A stretch of DNA of 64,000 nucleotides from Candidatus Multivorans sp. (GTDB lineage: Bacteria; Acidobacteriota; Thermoanaerobaculia; Multivoradales; Multivoraceae). The position numbers were made by a program, and so were the translations under genes. The stretch covers positions 4,256,001 to 4,320,000 of the forward strand of contig OZ245033.1 of assembly GCA_965224025.1 (NCBI GenBank), written 5' to 3'. Numbering within the stretch: the stretch's first letter is position 1; each line of letters begins with the position of its first letter. This document shows, one piece after another, positions 20,075 to 30,129 of this stretch. Under the pieces are notes generated by a model. That model saw only the letters and a program-made list of their open reading frames with translations, searched no databases and had not been told where the DNA came from.

Positions 20075-22561
20075 GTGACCGCGGTTGCGCCCGGGCGTGA
20101 GGCAAGCGACTCCCCCTCCCAAGACCCTCCAACCCGACAACACCGCCTGCTCCCGGCAATCTCGTGGGCGGCCTTCGGCGTCTTCGGCGTCTGGTTTGCC
20201 GCCCGCCTGATCCCCAACCTCGTCCTGCGGTTGCGGTTCGAGGACCAGTTGATCGTCCTCCGCTACGCCCGCAACCTGACGGAGGGCAACGGTCTGGTCT
20301 ACAACGCCGGCGAGCGGGTCATGGGCTTCACGACGCCGCTGTTCACCGTGCTGAGCAGCGTGTTCGTGGTCCTCGGCGGAGATCAGGCGGCGGCATGGCA
20401 GAACGGGTTCGGCCTGCTCTGCATGCTCGGCACGGCTGCGTTGGCAGCCAAACTGCTGGTTCGCCTTGGGGCCGGGCCCGTCGCGCCCCTGGCGGTCGCC
20501 CTGGTCACCTTCAATCCCGCCATCGCCTACAACTATCTCTACGTGGGGATGGAGATTCACCTCTTCGCCCTGCTCTTCCTGGTGGCGCTCGACCTTCACC
20601 TGAGCGACCGCGCCACGGCAGCCGCGGTCGTGTCCGCGGCGCTGTTTCTGACCCGACCCGAGGGCGCCCTGCTCGCGGCCATGCTGATCGCTCACGGCTG
20701 GCTGCGTCGCCGGAAGGCGCCACTACATCAGGCGCTGGCGGCACTGGCCCTGGCGCTGCCGTGGCTCCTCTTCGCGTTCGCCTACTACGGCGACATCCTG
20801 CCGAAGACGCTGGGCGCCAAGCAGGGCGAGAGCATCGTCACGCCGTGGCGCTACCTGGATCTGGTACGAGAGGTCTACGCCGAGGCGGGCGCCAGTCTGC
20901 TGGCGGCGTACAGCCCCTCGCTGGTGCAATCGACCGCCGGCCCGCTGCTGCTTGTGGGGCTTCTGCTCGTTGGCGCCACCGCACTCCTGCGCCGGCGGGC
21001 CGCTCTCTGGCCATTGATCGCGTTCCCGCTCGGCGCGCTTCTCGGCTATGCCGCGATCGGGTCGCTGCCCGGCTACACGTGGCACTACTACACGCTGAAC
21101 ATCCTCGGCGCGTTCCTGCTCGCGCTGGGCGTCCACGCCAGCCTGGTTGCGGCGGGACGGCTCTGCCTGCAGGCGGCGGAACTCCTGCCTGCCATAGTCC
21201 GCACTGCCGCCCAACGCCCGCTCGCGGCTGTGCTGCTTACGGCAGTCCCGATCCTCGCGCTCACGCTGCCGGTGCTGCGCAACACATCCCAGCAGACCGC
21301 ATACCGCGTCGAAGCGACCGCCCGCCAGCAGCGGCTGGAGGACATGGGGCGATGGCTCGCCGAGCGCTACGAGCCGAGCACGTCCGTTCTCGTCCGCGAG
21401 ATCGGACACATCGGCTGGGTCAGCGGGTTGCGGATCGTCGATCGTGGCGGCCTGGTCACGCCCGGCCTGCGCTACGACGTCCCGCGCCGCGTTGCCGCCC
21501 TGAAGTTCCTGCCGGATCTGCTGCTTCTGCGAGCGGACAACTACGGCGTCCAGGACCCGCCCGAAGGGGCCGGGTTCCCGTCGAACCTCGGCTACGAACA
21601 GGTCGATGACTTCGACCACGGGCAGGAGTGGAGCCTCCACTCGCTGATCGAGCCCGGTCTTCCCACCGGGAGCGAGGGCCACCCCTACCGGTACGAGGTC
21701 GCCCGAAGCGCCGCCGGCGACCTCGAGGCCGTGCTCCGCCATGATGTCGAGGAAGGATTGAAGCCACCGAACCGCATTCCCATCGCCCGGCCTCCGAGCG
21801 GCTTCGACGGCGGGCTCGACGCGGTACTTCCGCGACCGGGAAGCGGGCCGACGGAGGGTACGGCCGAGTTCATGGTCAGCGGCTTCATCCGCGACGAGCC
21901 GCCGGACCCGCGTGGAGTCGAAGCGGTCGTCCTGTTCATCGGCGGGGAGATGAGCGTCCACCAACCCGGCTCTCACCGCCGGACCGATCTGGTCGCTCTC
22001 TACGGGCCGTCCTTCGAGAACAGCGGCTTCGCCTTCTGGACCTCGGCAGATCGCGGCCTCGTAGAGCGCGAAGGCGTCGTCGCCTACGCCGTGTCACGGC
22101 GCGGCGTGGCCAGCCGCCTCCGCTTTTCCTACCTGCCTCTCGAGCGAGACGCGGGCGGGATCGAGATCCTGCCGACGAGCGACGGCCGCCGGTTGGAAGT
22201 CCGACAGCCCGGCGACGGATTCGAAGGGGAGTTGGCGCTCGTTGTTTCTCCGAACCGGGTCGAGATCGAAGGCTGGGCCGTGGACGCGAAGCGAGGTGAA
22301 CGGTCACGCCAGATCGTCCTCTACCGCGACGGCCACTTCCTGACCAACATGGGGTTCAACCAGGAACGGCCCGACGTCGCCGAGCGCCTGGAGAATCCGA
22401 GTCTCTTGCGGGCCGGCTTCCGCGGAACGGTCCCCGGCGAGACCGACGCCGCTGCCTTCGACGGGCGCTACCGCGTGTTCGCCGTCATGCTACGCGGCGC
22501 CGCCGTGGAACTGGTCCGGCCACTCTCGCCGCAAGCGTCCGAGACCCCGACCGACCGATGA
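20075..22561 (+). CDS. Second GT-C membrane glycosyltransferase paralog with C-terminal Ig-like modules
   Basis: FEDQLIVLRYARNLTEGNGLVYNAGERVMGFTTPL, LTRPEG, YYGDILPKTLGAK, EIGHIGW...VDRGGLVTP; same C-terminal modules. Confidence 0.8.
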   Translation: MTAVAPGREASDSPSQDPPTRQHRLLPAISWAAFGVFGVWFAARLIPNLVLRLRFEDQLIVLRYARNLTEGNGLVYNAGERVMGFTTPLFTVLSSVFVVLGGDQAAAWQNGFGLLCMLGTAALAAKLLVRLGAGPVAPLAVALVTFNPAIAYNYLYVGMEIHLFALLFLVALDLHLSDRATAAAVVSAALFLTRPEGALLAAMLIAHGWLRRRKAPLHQALAALALALPWLLFAFAYYGDILPKTLGAKQGESIVTPWRYLDLVREVYAEAGASLLAAYSPSLVQSTAGPLLLVGLLLVGATALLRRRAALWPLIAFPLGALLGYAAIGSLPGYTWHYYTLNILGAFLLALGVHASLVAAGRLCLQAAELLPAIVRTAAQRPLAAVLLTAVPILALTLPVLRNTSQQTAYRVEATARQQRLEDMGRWLAERYEPSTSVLVREIGHIGWVSGLRIVDRGGLVTPGLRYDVPRRVAALKFLPDLLLLRADNYGVQDPPEGAGFPSNLGYEQVDDFDHGQEWSLHSLIEPGLPTGSEGHPYRYEVARSAAGDLEAVLRHDVEEGLKPPNRIPIARPPSGFDGGLDAVLPRPGSGPTEGTAEFMVSGFIRDEPPDPRGVEAVVLFIGGEMSVHQPGSHRRTDLVALYGPSFENSGFAFWTSADRGLVEREGVVAYAVSRRGVASRLRFSYLPLERDAGGIEILPTSDGRRLEVRQPGDGFEGELALVVSPNRVEIEGWAVDAKRGERSRQIVLYRDGHFLTNMGFNQERPDVAERLENPSLLRAGFRGTVPGETDAAAFDGRYRVFAVMLRGAAVELVRPLSPQASETPTDR

Positions 22562-22576
22562 CTTCGGGCGGCCGGC

Positions 22577-24025
22577 TCACCCCGCCCCGGCCAACGCCTT
22601 GACCAACCGGTACAGGAACTCCTGCCCTTCGTGGAAGTGGTCGATCCGGATCCGTTCGTCCTGGCCGTGGGCGCGGACGTCGTCCATGTCTCCGAAGATG
22701 CCGCTCACGCCGTAGACCGGGATGCCGGCGTTGCGCATGTAGAGACCGTCGGTCGCGCCGGTCGACATGGTCGGCAGAACGGGGACGCCCGGCCACATCT
22801 CCTCCGTGATCCGGGTGCTCGCGCCCAGCACCTCGTCGGTCAGGGGCGACGGGGGACTGGGCGTCGCCTCGGCCTTGGGCGCCACCGTGACCCCGAACGG
22901 GTCGACGAGGTCCTGCAGCGTCTTCGCTACATCGGCCGGGTCATGGTCGGGGAGAAGGCGGCAGTTGACGTTCGCCCGCGCCAACTGCGGCAACGCGTTC
23001 TCGGCATGACCGCCCTCGATCTGCGTCGCCACGCAGGTCGTCCGCAGGCGCGCGTTGTAAGCAGGCTGCCGCGACAGAACCGCCAGCGCGCCGGCGTCGT
23101 CCGGGTCGGCGGCAACGCGGCGCATCGCCTCACCGGTCTCACCGCCGATCAGCTCGGCCGCGCGATCGAAGAACTCTTCGGTCACTTCGTTCAACATGAC
23201 CGGGAACTCGTATTCCTGGACCGCAAGCAGCGCCTGAGACAGGTCGTAGATCGCGTTCTTCTTCACCGGCAGCGACGAGTGGCCGCCGGGATTCCTGGCC
23301 GCAAAGTCGAAGGACTGGTACACCTTCTCGGCGCCCTGCACGTTGTTCGAGACCTTGCGGCCCTCCCGCTCCATGCCGCCGCCGCCCTCGTTCAGAGCGA
23401 AGGCGGCGTCGATCAACCCCCGGTGCTCCTCAAGCAGGAACTGGACGCCGTTCCGCGTTCCGCCCTCTTCGTCGGCAGTCAGGGCAATCACGATGTCCCG
23501 GTCGGGAACGAACCCCTCCCGGTGCAGGCGGATCAGGTTCGCTGTGTGGATGGCGCATTCATCCTTGTCGTCCGACGTGCCGCGGCCGTAGAAGTAGCCG
23601 CCGCGCTCCATGAACTCGAACGGGTGGATATCCGGACTCCAGTCCTCGGGCAACGCTTCGACGACGTCGATGTGCGCGAGCAGCAGGATCGGGGCGGCAT
23701 TCGGGTTGCTGCCCCGGAGCCGCGCCACCAGGTTGCCCTTGGTGGGAAAGCCGTCGGGGACCAGGACCCGCACGTCTTCCGCCGGCAGACCGGCGTCGAG
23801 CAGGGCATCGGCCATGGCCTGCACCGCGCGGGTGTTGTCGCCACGTTCCGTGTCCGTGGTGTCGATCTCGATGAGTTGCTCGAGCAGCGCGCGGGCCAGT
23901 TCCATGTCCTGCGCAGGCGGCTGGTTGCCAGCGCCCTCTGCTTGCCCGGCCACGGGCGAGCCGACCGCAAACACAGGCAGCACCACGGTTGCGAGGATCA
24001 ACGGCCCGAGTCTCTTCATCGACAT
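22577..24025 (-). CDS. Secreted M20/M25/M40-family metallopeptidase
   Basis: Signal peptide; AHIDVV, GRGTSDDK, ADEEGG, NEGGG, GGHSS, GATDG, AHGQDER. Confidence 0.92.
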   Translation of the reverse strand: MSMKRLGPLILATVVLPVFAVGSPVAGQAEGAGNQPPAQDMELARALLEQLIEIDTTDTERGDNTRAVQAMADALLDAGLPAEDVRVLVPDGFPTKGNLVARLRGSNPNAAPILLLAHIDVVEALPEDWSPDIHPFEFMERGGYFYGRGTSDDKDECAIHTANLIRLHREGFVPDRDIVIALTADEEGGTRNGVQFLLEEHRGLIDAAFALNEGGGGMEREGRKVSNNVQGAEKVYQSFDFAARNPGGHSSLPVKKNAIYDLSQALLAVQEYEFPVMLNEVTEEFFDRAAELIGGETGEAMRRVAADPDDAGALAVLSRQPAYNARLRTTCVATQIEGGHAENALPQLARANVNCRLLPDHDPADVAKTLQDLVDPFGVTVAPKAEATPSPPSPLTDEVLGASTRITEEMWPGVPVLPTMSTGATDGLYMRNAGIPVYGVSGIFGDMDDVRAHGQDERIRIDHFHEGQEFLYRLVKALAGAG

Positions 24026-24062
24026 CGGCGGAATCTACTCGCAGTCGCCGCTGGACGGACCC

Positions 24063-25295
24063 TTACGCGGCCGCCGGCCTGACGCCGCCGACCAGCAGCT
24101 CGGCGAGCTGGCGACGCCCCATCCAGTAGCTCAGGTCCCTCGGATGCGCGATGTCCCAGATCGCGATGTCGGCCCGCTTGCCCACCGCGAGCGTGCCTCG
24201 ATCTTCCTGTAAACCCAGCGCCTGAGCCGCATTCCGGGTCACCGCCGCCAGGCACTCCTCCGGAGTCAGGCGGAAGAGGCGGCTGGCCAGCGCCATCGCC
24301 TCCCGCAGCGAGCACAGGGACGAAGTGCCGGGGTTGCAGTCCGTCCCGATCGCGATCGACACTCCGCGCCGGCGCAACTCACCAATCGGCGGCCGCCGGG
24401 TCTCGTCGAGGGTCAGGCAGGCGCCGGGCAACAGCACCGCCACCGTCCCCGCGTCGGCCAGCGCCCGCACTCCCGAAGCGGACACGTACTCCAGGTGATC
24501 GGCCGAGAGCGCGCCGAAACGGGCGGCGAGCGCGGCGCCGCCGCCATCGCTTAGCTGGTCCGCGTGCAGCTTGACCGGAAGGCCGAGTTCCACGGCCCCT
24601 TCGAAGACCCTGGCAACCTCCCCGGTGTCGAACGCAATCCCTTCGCAGAAGGCGTCCACCGCGTCGGCGACGTTCCGTTCGACGGCCGCCGGCAACACCT
24701 CGTCGACAACGAACTTGATGTAGTCGTCCCGCCGCCCCTGAAACTCCGAGGGCACCGCGTGTGCGGCGAGGAGCGTCGTTGGAACAGTCAGCCCCGATGT
24801 CCGACCGAGACGCCGAGCCACTTCGAGCATTCGGAGTTCGGTGTCCAGGTCAAGTCCGTAGCCCGACTTGATCTCGACCGTCGCCGCACCGTCGGCCGCC
24901 AAGGCTTCCAGCCGCTCCAGTGCACCGCTGTAGAGCTCGTCTTCGGTCGCCGACCGAGTCGCGCGAACCGTCGACATGATGCCGCCGCCGGCGTCCGCGA
25001 TCGACTCGTAGCTCGTGCCCTGGAGCCGGGCCTCGAACTCCGCCCCCCGGTCGCCGCCGAACACCAGGTGGGTATGGCAGTCGATGAGCGCCGGAGTGGC
25101 CCAGCGGCCCTGAAGCGACCGGGTCTCGCGAGCCTCGCCCCGCGGCAACGCGGAAGCGGGTCCGATCCAGTCGATCAGACCGCCGCCGATCGCCAGGGCG
25201 CCGTCCTCGATCGCCCCGTAGGGGGCGGCGCCGCGGCGCATCGTCGCGATACGCGCGTCTGTCAGCAGCAGATCCCAGCGCTCGGCACTTCCCAT
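24063..25295 (-). CDS. hutI: Imidazolonepropionase
   Basis: PALIDCHTHLVFGG, GGGIMSTVRATR, EIKSGYGL, DAFCE, HADQL, SADHLE, TDCNPGTS. Start at ATG 25295. Confidence 0.96.
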   Translation of the reverse strand: MGSAERWDLLLTDARIATMRRGAAPYGAIEDGALAIGGGLIDWIGPASALPRGEARETRSLQGRWATPALIDCHTHLVFGGDRGAEFEARLQGTSYESIADAGGGIMSTVRATRSATEDELYSGALERLEALAADGAATVEIKSGYGLDLDTELRMLEVARRLGRTSGLTVPTTLLAAHAVPSEFQGRRDDYIKFVVDEVLPAAVERNVADAVDAFCEGIAFDTGEVARVFEGAVELGLPVKLHADQLSDGGGAALAARFGALSADHLEYVSASGVRALADAGTVAVLLPGACLTLDETRRPPIGELRRRGVSIAIGTDCNPGTSSLCSLREAMALASRLFRLTPEECLAAVTRNAAQALGLQEDRGTLAVGKRADIAIWDIAHPRDLSYWMGRRQLAELLVGGVRPAAA

Positions 25296-25337
25296 GCACT
25301 CGATCCTGCCCTGTTGTGTTCGGGATTGCCAGACCGG

Positions 25338-25382
25338 CCGGTGCTTCGGACCGGATGCGGGCGAGACGCCCGCGTTTCCAGG
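25338..25382 (-). repeat. REP-like hairpin repeat, short form, reverse orientation
   Basis: Reverse complement CCTGGAAACGCGGGCGTCTCGCCCGCATCCGG followed by a degenerate CCGGT.CGAAG.ACCGG hairpin; sits in the divergent hutI/hutF gap. Confidence 0.8.
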
Positions 25383-25413
25383 CGGCGCACCCGGTGGAGT
25401 ACCGTCGAGGGAG

Positions 25414-26769
25414 GTGACCGGTTCCACTATTCGCGCGCGCCTCGCGCTGTTGCCCCCGGGATGGGCGGAAGACGCCCTGCTGGTCGTCGAGGACGGGAGG
25501 ATCGTCGAGGTTTCGACTGAGAACACCGCTTCTTCGCCAGTCGACCACGACGCCGGGATCGTCATCCCGGGTTTGACCAACGCGCACAGCCACGCCTTTC
25601 AGCGCGCGCTGGCCGGCAGGACGGAACACCGCTCCGGCGCAGGCAAGGACAGCTTCTGGACCTGGCGCCGGCAGATGTACGAGCTCGTCGGGCGCCTCGA
25701 CGCCGGCCGGTTCGCGGCGATCGCCCGGCAGGCGTACGTGGAGATGCTCGAAAGCGGCTACACCTCGGTCGTTGAGTTCCACTACCTGCACCGGGAACCC
25801 GCTGGTTCCGGCACCGCGGACACCATGTTCGAGGCCGTTCGCCGCGCCGCCTCGGCCTGCGGCATCCGGCTGACCTATGCGCCGGTGCTCTACGAGCGAG
25901 CCGGTTTCGACCGGGACGATCCCACGCCCGGCCAGCGGCACTTCACGATGGATCCCACGGCGTTCCTTGCCCACCAGGAACGCGCGGGCGAGCGGGCGTC
26001 CGGACGCGTCCGGGTCGCGGTCGGCGCCCACGGCCTGCGCGCGGTCAGCGAACCGTCGCTACGGCAGGTCGCGGCGCGAGCCACGGAAACCGGCGCGCCG
26101 ATGCACCTTCACATCGCCGAGCAGCAGCGGGAGGTCGACGAGTGTCTGGCCACCCACGGTCAGCGTCCGGTCCGTTGGCTGCTGGACCGCTTCGACGTCG
26201 ATCGGAACTGGTGCCTCGTGCATGCAACCCACATGGACGACGACGAATGCCGGGACCTGGCCGTCTCCGGGGCCACCGTCTGCCTGTGCCCGACGACCGA
26301 GGCGAACCTGGGCGACGGGCTGTTTCCCCTGGCGAACTTTCTCCAGGCCGGCGGAGAGATCGCGATCGGTTCCGACAGTCACGTCTCGATCAACCCCTTC
26401 GAGGAGTTGCGCTGGCTCGAGTACGGGCAGCGCCTCCGCTCGCGGTCGCGCAACGTGGCGACCCTGCGCCACCCTCACGTGGGCCAGGAGCTGTTCCTGC
26501 GCGCCCTCGCCGGCGGCGCCCGGGCGTCAGGCCGAGGCAAGCCGGGTCTCGAAGAGGGAGCGCCGGCCGACCTGGTCGTCTTCGACGACGGCGACCCGAT
26601 GCTCGCCGGACACGGCGCCGCCACCGTGCTCGACGCACTGGTATTCTCCGGTTACCGCCTTCCCATCCAACGGGTCATGGTCGAAGGCGAGTGGCAGGTG
26701 ATCGACGGCGAACACGTCGACCGCGCCCAGGCGGCCAGAGGATTCGCCAGAGCACTGGCGAGCATGTGA
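25414..26769 (+). CDS. hutF: Formimidoylglutamate deiminase
   Basis: [64 protein letters not shown] start after GAGGGAG. Confidence 0.95.
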   Translation: MTGSTIRARLALLPPGWAEDALLVVEDGRIVEVSTENTASSPVDHDAGIVIPGLTNAHSHAFQRALAGRTEHRSGAGKDSFWTWRRQMYELVGRLDAGRFAAIARQAYVEMLESGYTSVVEFHYLHREPAGSGTADTMFEAVRRAASACGIRLTYAPVLYERAGFDRDDPTPGQRHFTMDPTAFLAHQERAGERASGRVRVAVGAHGLRAVSEPSLRQVAARATETGAPMHLHIAEQQREVDECLATHGQRPVRWLLDRFDVDRNWCLVHATHMDDDECRDLAVSGATVCLCPTTEANLGDGLFPLANFLQAGGEIAIGSDSHVSINPFEELRWLEYGQRLRSRSRNVATLRHPHVGQELFLRALAGGARASGRGKPGLEEGAPADLVVFDDGDPMLAGHGAATVLDALVFSGYRLPIQRVMVEGEWQVIDGEHVDRAQAARGFARALASM

Positions 26770-26794
26770 GCGGCCCCGAATCTTGGAGGCAGGA

Positions 26795-28471
26795 ATGAAG
26801 AGCAGCCTCACCGCGACGATCAAGGCGCCCACCGGCAACCGGCTGTCAGCGAAGAGCTGGCTCACCGAGGCGCCGCTCCGCATGCTGATGAACAACCTCG
26901 ATCCCGAGGTCGCCGAGCGGCCCGAGGATCTCGTCGTCTACGGAGGGATCGGCAAGGCGGCGCGCAACTGGGAGGCCTACGAAGCCATCGTCGACACGTT
27001 GCGGAAGCTGGAAGCCGACGAAACGCTCGTCGTCCAGTCCGGCAAGCCGGTCGGGGTGTTTCGCACCCACCCCGACGCCCCGCGGGTGCTGATCGCCAAT
27101 TCGAACCTCGTCCCCGCCTGGGCGACCTGGGAACACTTCCGGGAACTCGACCAGTTGGGGCTGATGATGTTTGGGCAGATGACCGCCGGATCGTGGATCT
27201 ACATCGGCTCCCAGGGAATCGTCCAGGGCACCTACGAGACGTTCGTCGAGATGGGCCGCCAGCACTACGGCGGAGACCTCGCGGGACGGTGGATCCTCAC
27301 CGCCGGACTCGGCGGCATGGGTGGAGCGCAGCCGCTGGCGGCCAAGATGGCCGGGGCGTCGCTGCTCGCGATCGAGTGTCAGGCGGACCGGATCGAGAAG
27401 CGGCTCCAGACCGGGTACCTCGACACGCGCGCCGAGTCGGTCGACGAGGCGCTGGCCGTGATCCAGGCCTCGGTCGAATCGCGATCACCGCTCTCCGTCG
27501 GCCTGCTCGGCAACGCCGCGGAGGTGCTGCCCGAACTGCTGGAGCGCGGCGTCCGGCCCTACGCGCTGACCGACCAGACATCGGCGCACGACCCGGCGAA
27601 CGGCTATCTGCCAATCGGCTGGAGCGTCGAAGAGTGGCAGCGCCGCCGGGACAACGAGCCCGACGCGGTCGCGGCGGCGGCTCGCGAGTCGATCGCGGTC
27701 CACGTCCGCGCCATGCTCGGCTTTCACGAAGCCGGAGTGCCCACGTTCGACTACGGCAACAACATCCGCCAGGAGGCGCTCGGGGCCGGGGTTGAGAACG
27801 CGTTCGACTTCCCCGGTTTCGTACCGGCCTACGTCCGCCCCCTGTTCTGCCGCGGCATCGGCCCCTTCAGGTGGGCGGCCCTGTCCGGCGACCCCGAAGA
27901 CATCTACCGCACCGACGCCAAGGTCAAGGAACTGATCCCGGACGACCCGCACCTGCACCACTGGCTCGACGCGGCGCGCGAGCAGATTCACTTCCAGGGG
28001 CTGCCGGCGCGCATCTGCTGGGTGGGCCTGGGCCAGCGCCACCGGATCGGCCTCGCCTTCAACGAGATGGTCCGCGGCGGCGAGTTGCGGGCGCCCGTCG
28101 TCATCGGCCGCGATCACCTGGACAGCGGCTCGGTCGCGAGCCCGAACCGCGAAACCGAAGCGATGCGCGACGGTTCCGACGCGGTCTCGGACTGGGCCTT
28201 CCTCAACGCGATGCTGAACACGGCGAGCGGCGCCACCTGGGTGTCCGTGCACCACGGCGGCGGCGTCGGCATGGGATACGCCCAGCACGCCGGGTTCGTC
28301 ATCGTCTGCGACGGCACCGAAGCCGCCGACCGGCGTATCGAGCGGGTGCTCTGGAACGACCCGGCGACCGGGGTCATGCGGCACGCCGACGCCGGCTACG
28401 AGGAGGCCATCGCCTGTGCGCGCGAGCAAGGTCTCAACCTGCCCATGGTCCCGGGCGACAATCCTCGATGA
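26795..28471 (+). CDS. hutU: Urocanate hydratase
   Basis: [61 protein letters not shown]. Confidence 0.98.
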   Translation: MKSSLTATIKAPTGNRLSAKSWLTEAPLRMLMNNLDPEVAERPEDLVVYGGIGKAARNWEAYEAIVDTLRKLEADETLVVQSGKPVGVFRTHPDAPRVLIANSNLVPAWATWEHFRELDQLGLMMFGQMTAGSWIYIGSQGIVQGTYETFVEMGRQHYGGDLAGRWILTAGLGGMGGAQPLAAKMAGASLLAIECQADRIEKRLQTGYLDTRAESVDEALAVIQASVESRSPLSVGLLGNAAEVLPELLERGVRPYALTDQTSAHDPANGYLPIGWSVEEWQRRRDNEPDAVAAAARESIAVHVRAMLGFHEAGVPTFDYGNNIRQEALGAGVENAFDFPGFVPAYVRPLFCRGIGPFRWAALSGDPEDIYRTDAKVKELIPDDPHLHHWLDAAREQIHFQGLPARICWVGLGQRHRIGLAFNEMVRGGELRAPVVIGRDHLDSGSVASPNRETEAMRDGSDAVSDWAFLNAMLNTASGATWVSVHHGGGVGMGYAQHAGFVIVCDGTEAADRRIERVLWNDPATGVMRHADAGYEEAIACAREQGLNLPMVPGDNPR

Positions 28472-29991
28472 GATTGAGGCTCGACGGCTCGCCGTTGTCA
28501 CTCGCTCAACTGCGCGAGGCCTGGCGCACTCCGCTCAGCGTCGAACTGAGCGAAAGCGCCCGACTCAGGATCGACGAATCCGCCGCCGCGGTCCGCGGGG
28601 TGATCGCCGAGGGCAAGGCGGTCTACGGAGTCAACACGGGTTTCGGGCAGCTCGCCCAGGTGCGGATCGAGGAGGACGAACTCGCCCACCTACAGGAGAA
28701 CCTCGTGCGCTCTCACGCCGCCGGCGTGGGCAAGGATCTGGGCGACGAGGTCGTGCGCCTGGTGATCCTGCTCAAGGTCATGGGGCTCGCCCGCGGTCAT
28801 TCCGGCGTCCGGATGGAACTCGTCGACGCGCTGAGTGCGCTGCTTGAACACGAGATCTACCCGTGCATCCCGTCGCAGGGCTCGGTCGGCGCCTCGGGCG
28901 ACCTGGCCCCTCTCGCCCATCTCTCGCGGGTGCTGCTCGGCGAAGGCGGGGCCCACCTCCGAGGCAGGCTGATACCAGCGGCCGAGGCGCTGGCCGAAGC
29001 CGGTATCGAACCGATCCGGCTGGCGCCGAAGGAGGGTCTGGCGCTGCTCAACGGAACCCAGGTCTCCACGGCGCTGGCGCTGGCCGCGGCCTTCCGCACC
29101 GAGAACGCCCTGGCGGCTGCCCTTGTGGCTGGCGCCATGTCCACGGACGCGATCAAGGGCAGCGACGGTCCGTTCGATGAACGCGTTCAGGAGGTCCGCG
29201 GGCACTCCGGCCAGGCCGATGTCGCCGCCGCGCTGCGCGAACTGATGCGGGACAGCGAGATCCGCGCCTCCCACCTCCGTTGCAAGCGGGTGCAGGACCC
29301 GTACTCGATCCGTTGCCAGCCGCCGGTCATGGGCGCCTGCCTCGACGCGCTCCGCCACGTCTCGGCCGTTCTCGAGACCGAGGCGAACGCCGTCACCGAC
29401 AACCCCCTGGTCTTTGCGGGCACCAAGGAAATCCTCTCCGGCGGCAATTTCCACGCGGAACCGGTCGCCCTGGCCGCCGACTATCTGGCGCTGGCGGTCG
29501 CCGAGATCGGCTCGCTGTCCGAACGCCGAACCGCACTTCTCATCGACGCCAATCTCAGCGGGCTGCCGGCGTTCCTGGTCCGGAACAGCGGCCTGAACAG
29601 CGGTTTCATGATGGCTGGAACCACCGCCGCGGCCCTGGTTTCCGAGAACAAGTGCCTCGCCCATCCCGCCAGCGTGGACACCATCCCGACCTCCGCCAAC
29701 CAGGAGGACCACGTCAGCATGGCGACCCACGGGGCGCGGCGGCTCCACGACATGTTGGACAACGTGCAGCACATCGTCGCGATCGAACTTCTGGCGGCGG
29801 CACAGGGGATCGAGTTCCGCCGTCCCGCCCGGAGTTCCGCGGCCATCGAAGAAGCGATGGAAGCAGTGCGCGCGGTCTCGCCGCCGTACTCGGAGGACCG
29901 GCCGCTCGCCGGCGACATCGCCGGCGTGGCCGCACTCATCGGACGGGGCGCCTTTCGCGGGTACGCGGCGCCGGCGCTCGGCAAGCGCTAG
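28468..29991 (+). CDS. hutH: Histidine ammonia-lyase
   Basis: [28 protein letters not shown] (MIO-forming ASG), [34 protein letters not shown] overlap with hutU. Confidence 0.97.
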   Translation: MRLRLDGSPLSLAQLREAWRTPLSVELSESARLRIDESAAAVRGVIAEGKAVYGVNTGFGQLAQVRIEEDELAHLQENLVRSHAAGVGKDLGDEVVRLVILLKVMGLARGHSGVRMELVDALSALLEHEIYPCIPSQGSVGASGDLAPLAHLSRVLLGEGGAHLRGRLIPAAEALAEAGIEPIRLAPKEGLALLNGTQVSTALALAAAFRTENALAAALVAGAMSTDAIKGSDGPFDERVQEVRGHSGQADVAAALRELMRDSEIRASHLRCKRVQDPYSIRCQPPVMGACLDALRHVSAVLETEANAVTDNPLVFAGTKEILSGGNFHAEPVALAADYLALAVAEIGSLSERRTALLIDANLSGLPAFLVRNSGLNSGFMMAGTTAAALVSENKCLAHPASVDTIPTSANQEDHVSMATHGARRLHDMLDNVQHIVAIELLAAAQGIEFRRPARSSAAIEEAMEAVRAVSPPYSEDRPLAGDIAGVAALIGRGAFRGYAAPALGKR

Positions 29992-30009
29992 CGCGGCAGA
30001 ACGATCTGG

Positions 30010-30054
30010 CCTGGGAACGCGGGCATCTTGCCCGCATCCGGCGCGAAGCGCCGG
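30010..30054 (+). repeat. REP-like hairpin repeat, short form
   Basis: CCTGGGAACGCGGGCATCTTGCCCGCATCCGGCGCGAAGCGCCGG; compensatory G-C to A-T pair relative to the other copies. Confidence 0.85.
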
Positions 30055-30129
30055 CCTCCGGTAGTTCTGCCGCGCTAGCGTGGGCCACTTCGCGCTAACC
30101 TACGCGCAATCCCTACCAAGGAGATCGTC

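Noticed and set aside
22577-24025. M20 peptidase as a substitute for the missing HutG
   Set aside because: It has a clear signal peptide whereas formylglutamate is produced in the cytoplasm; adjacency is the only support.
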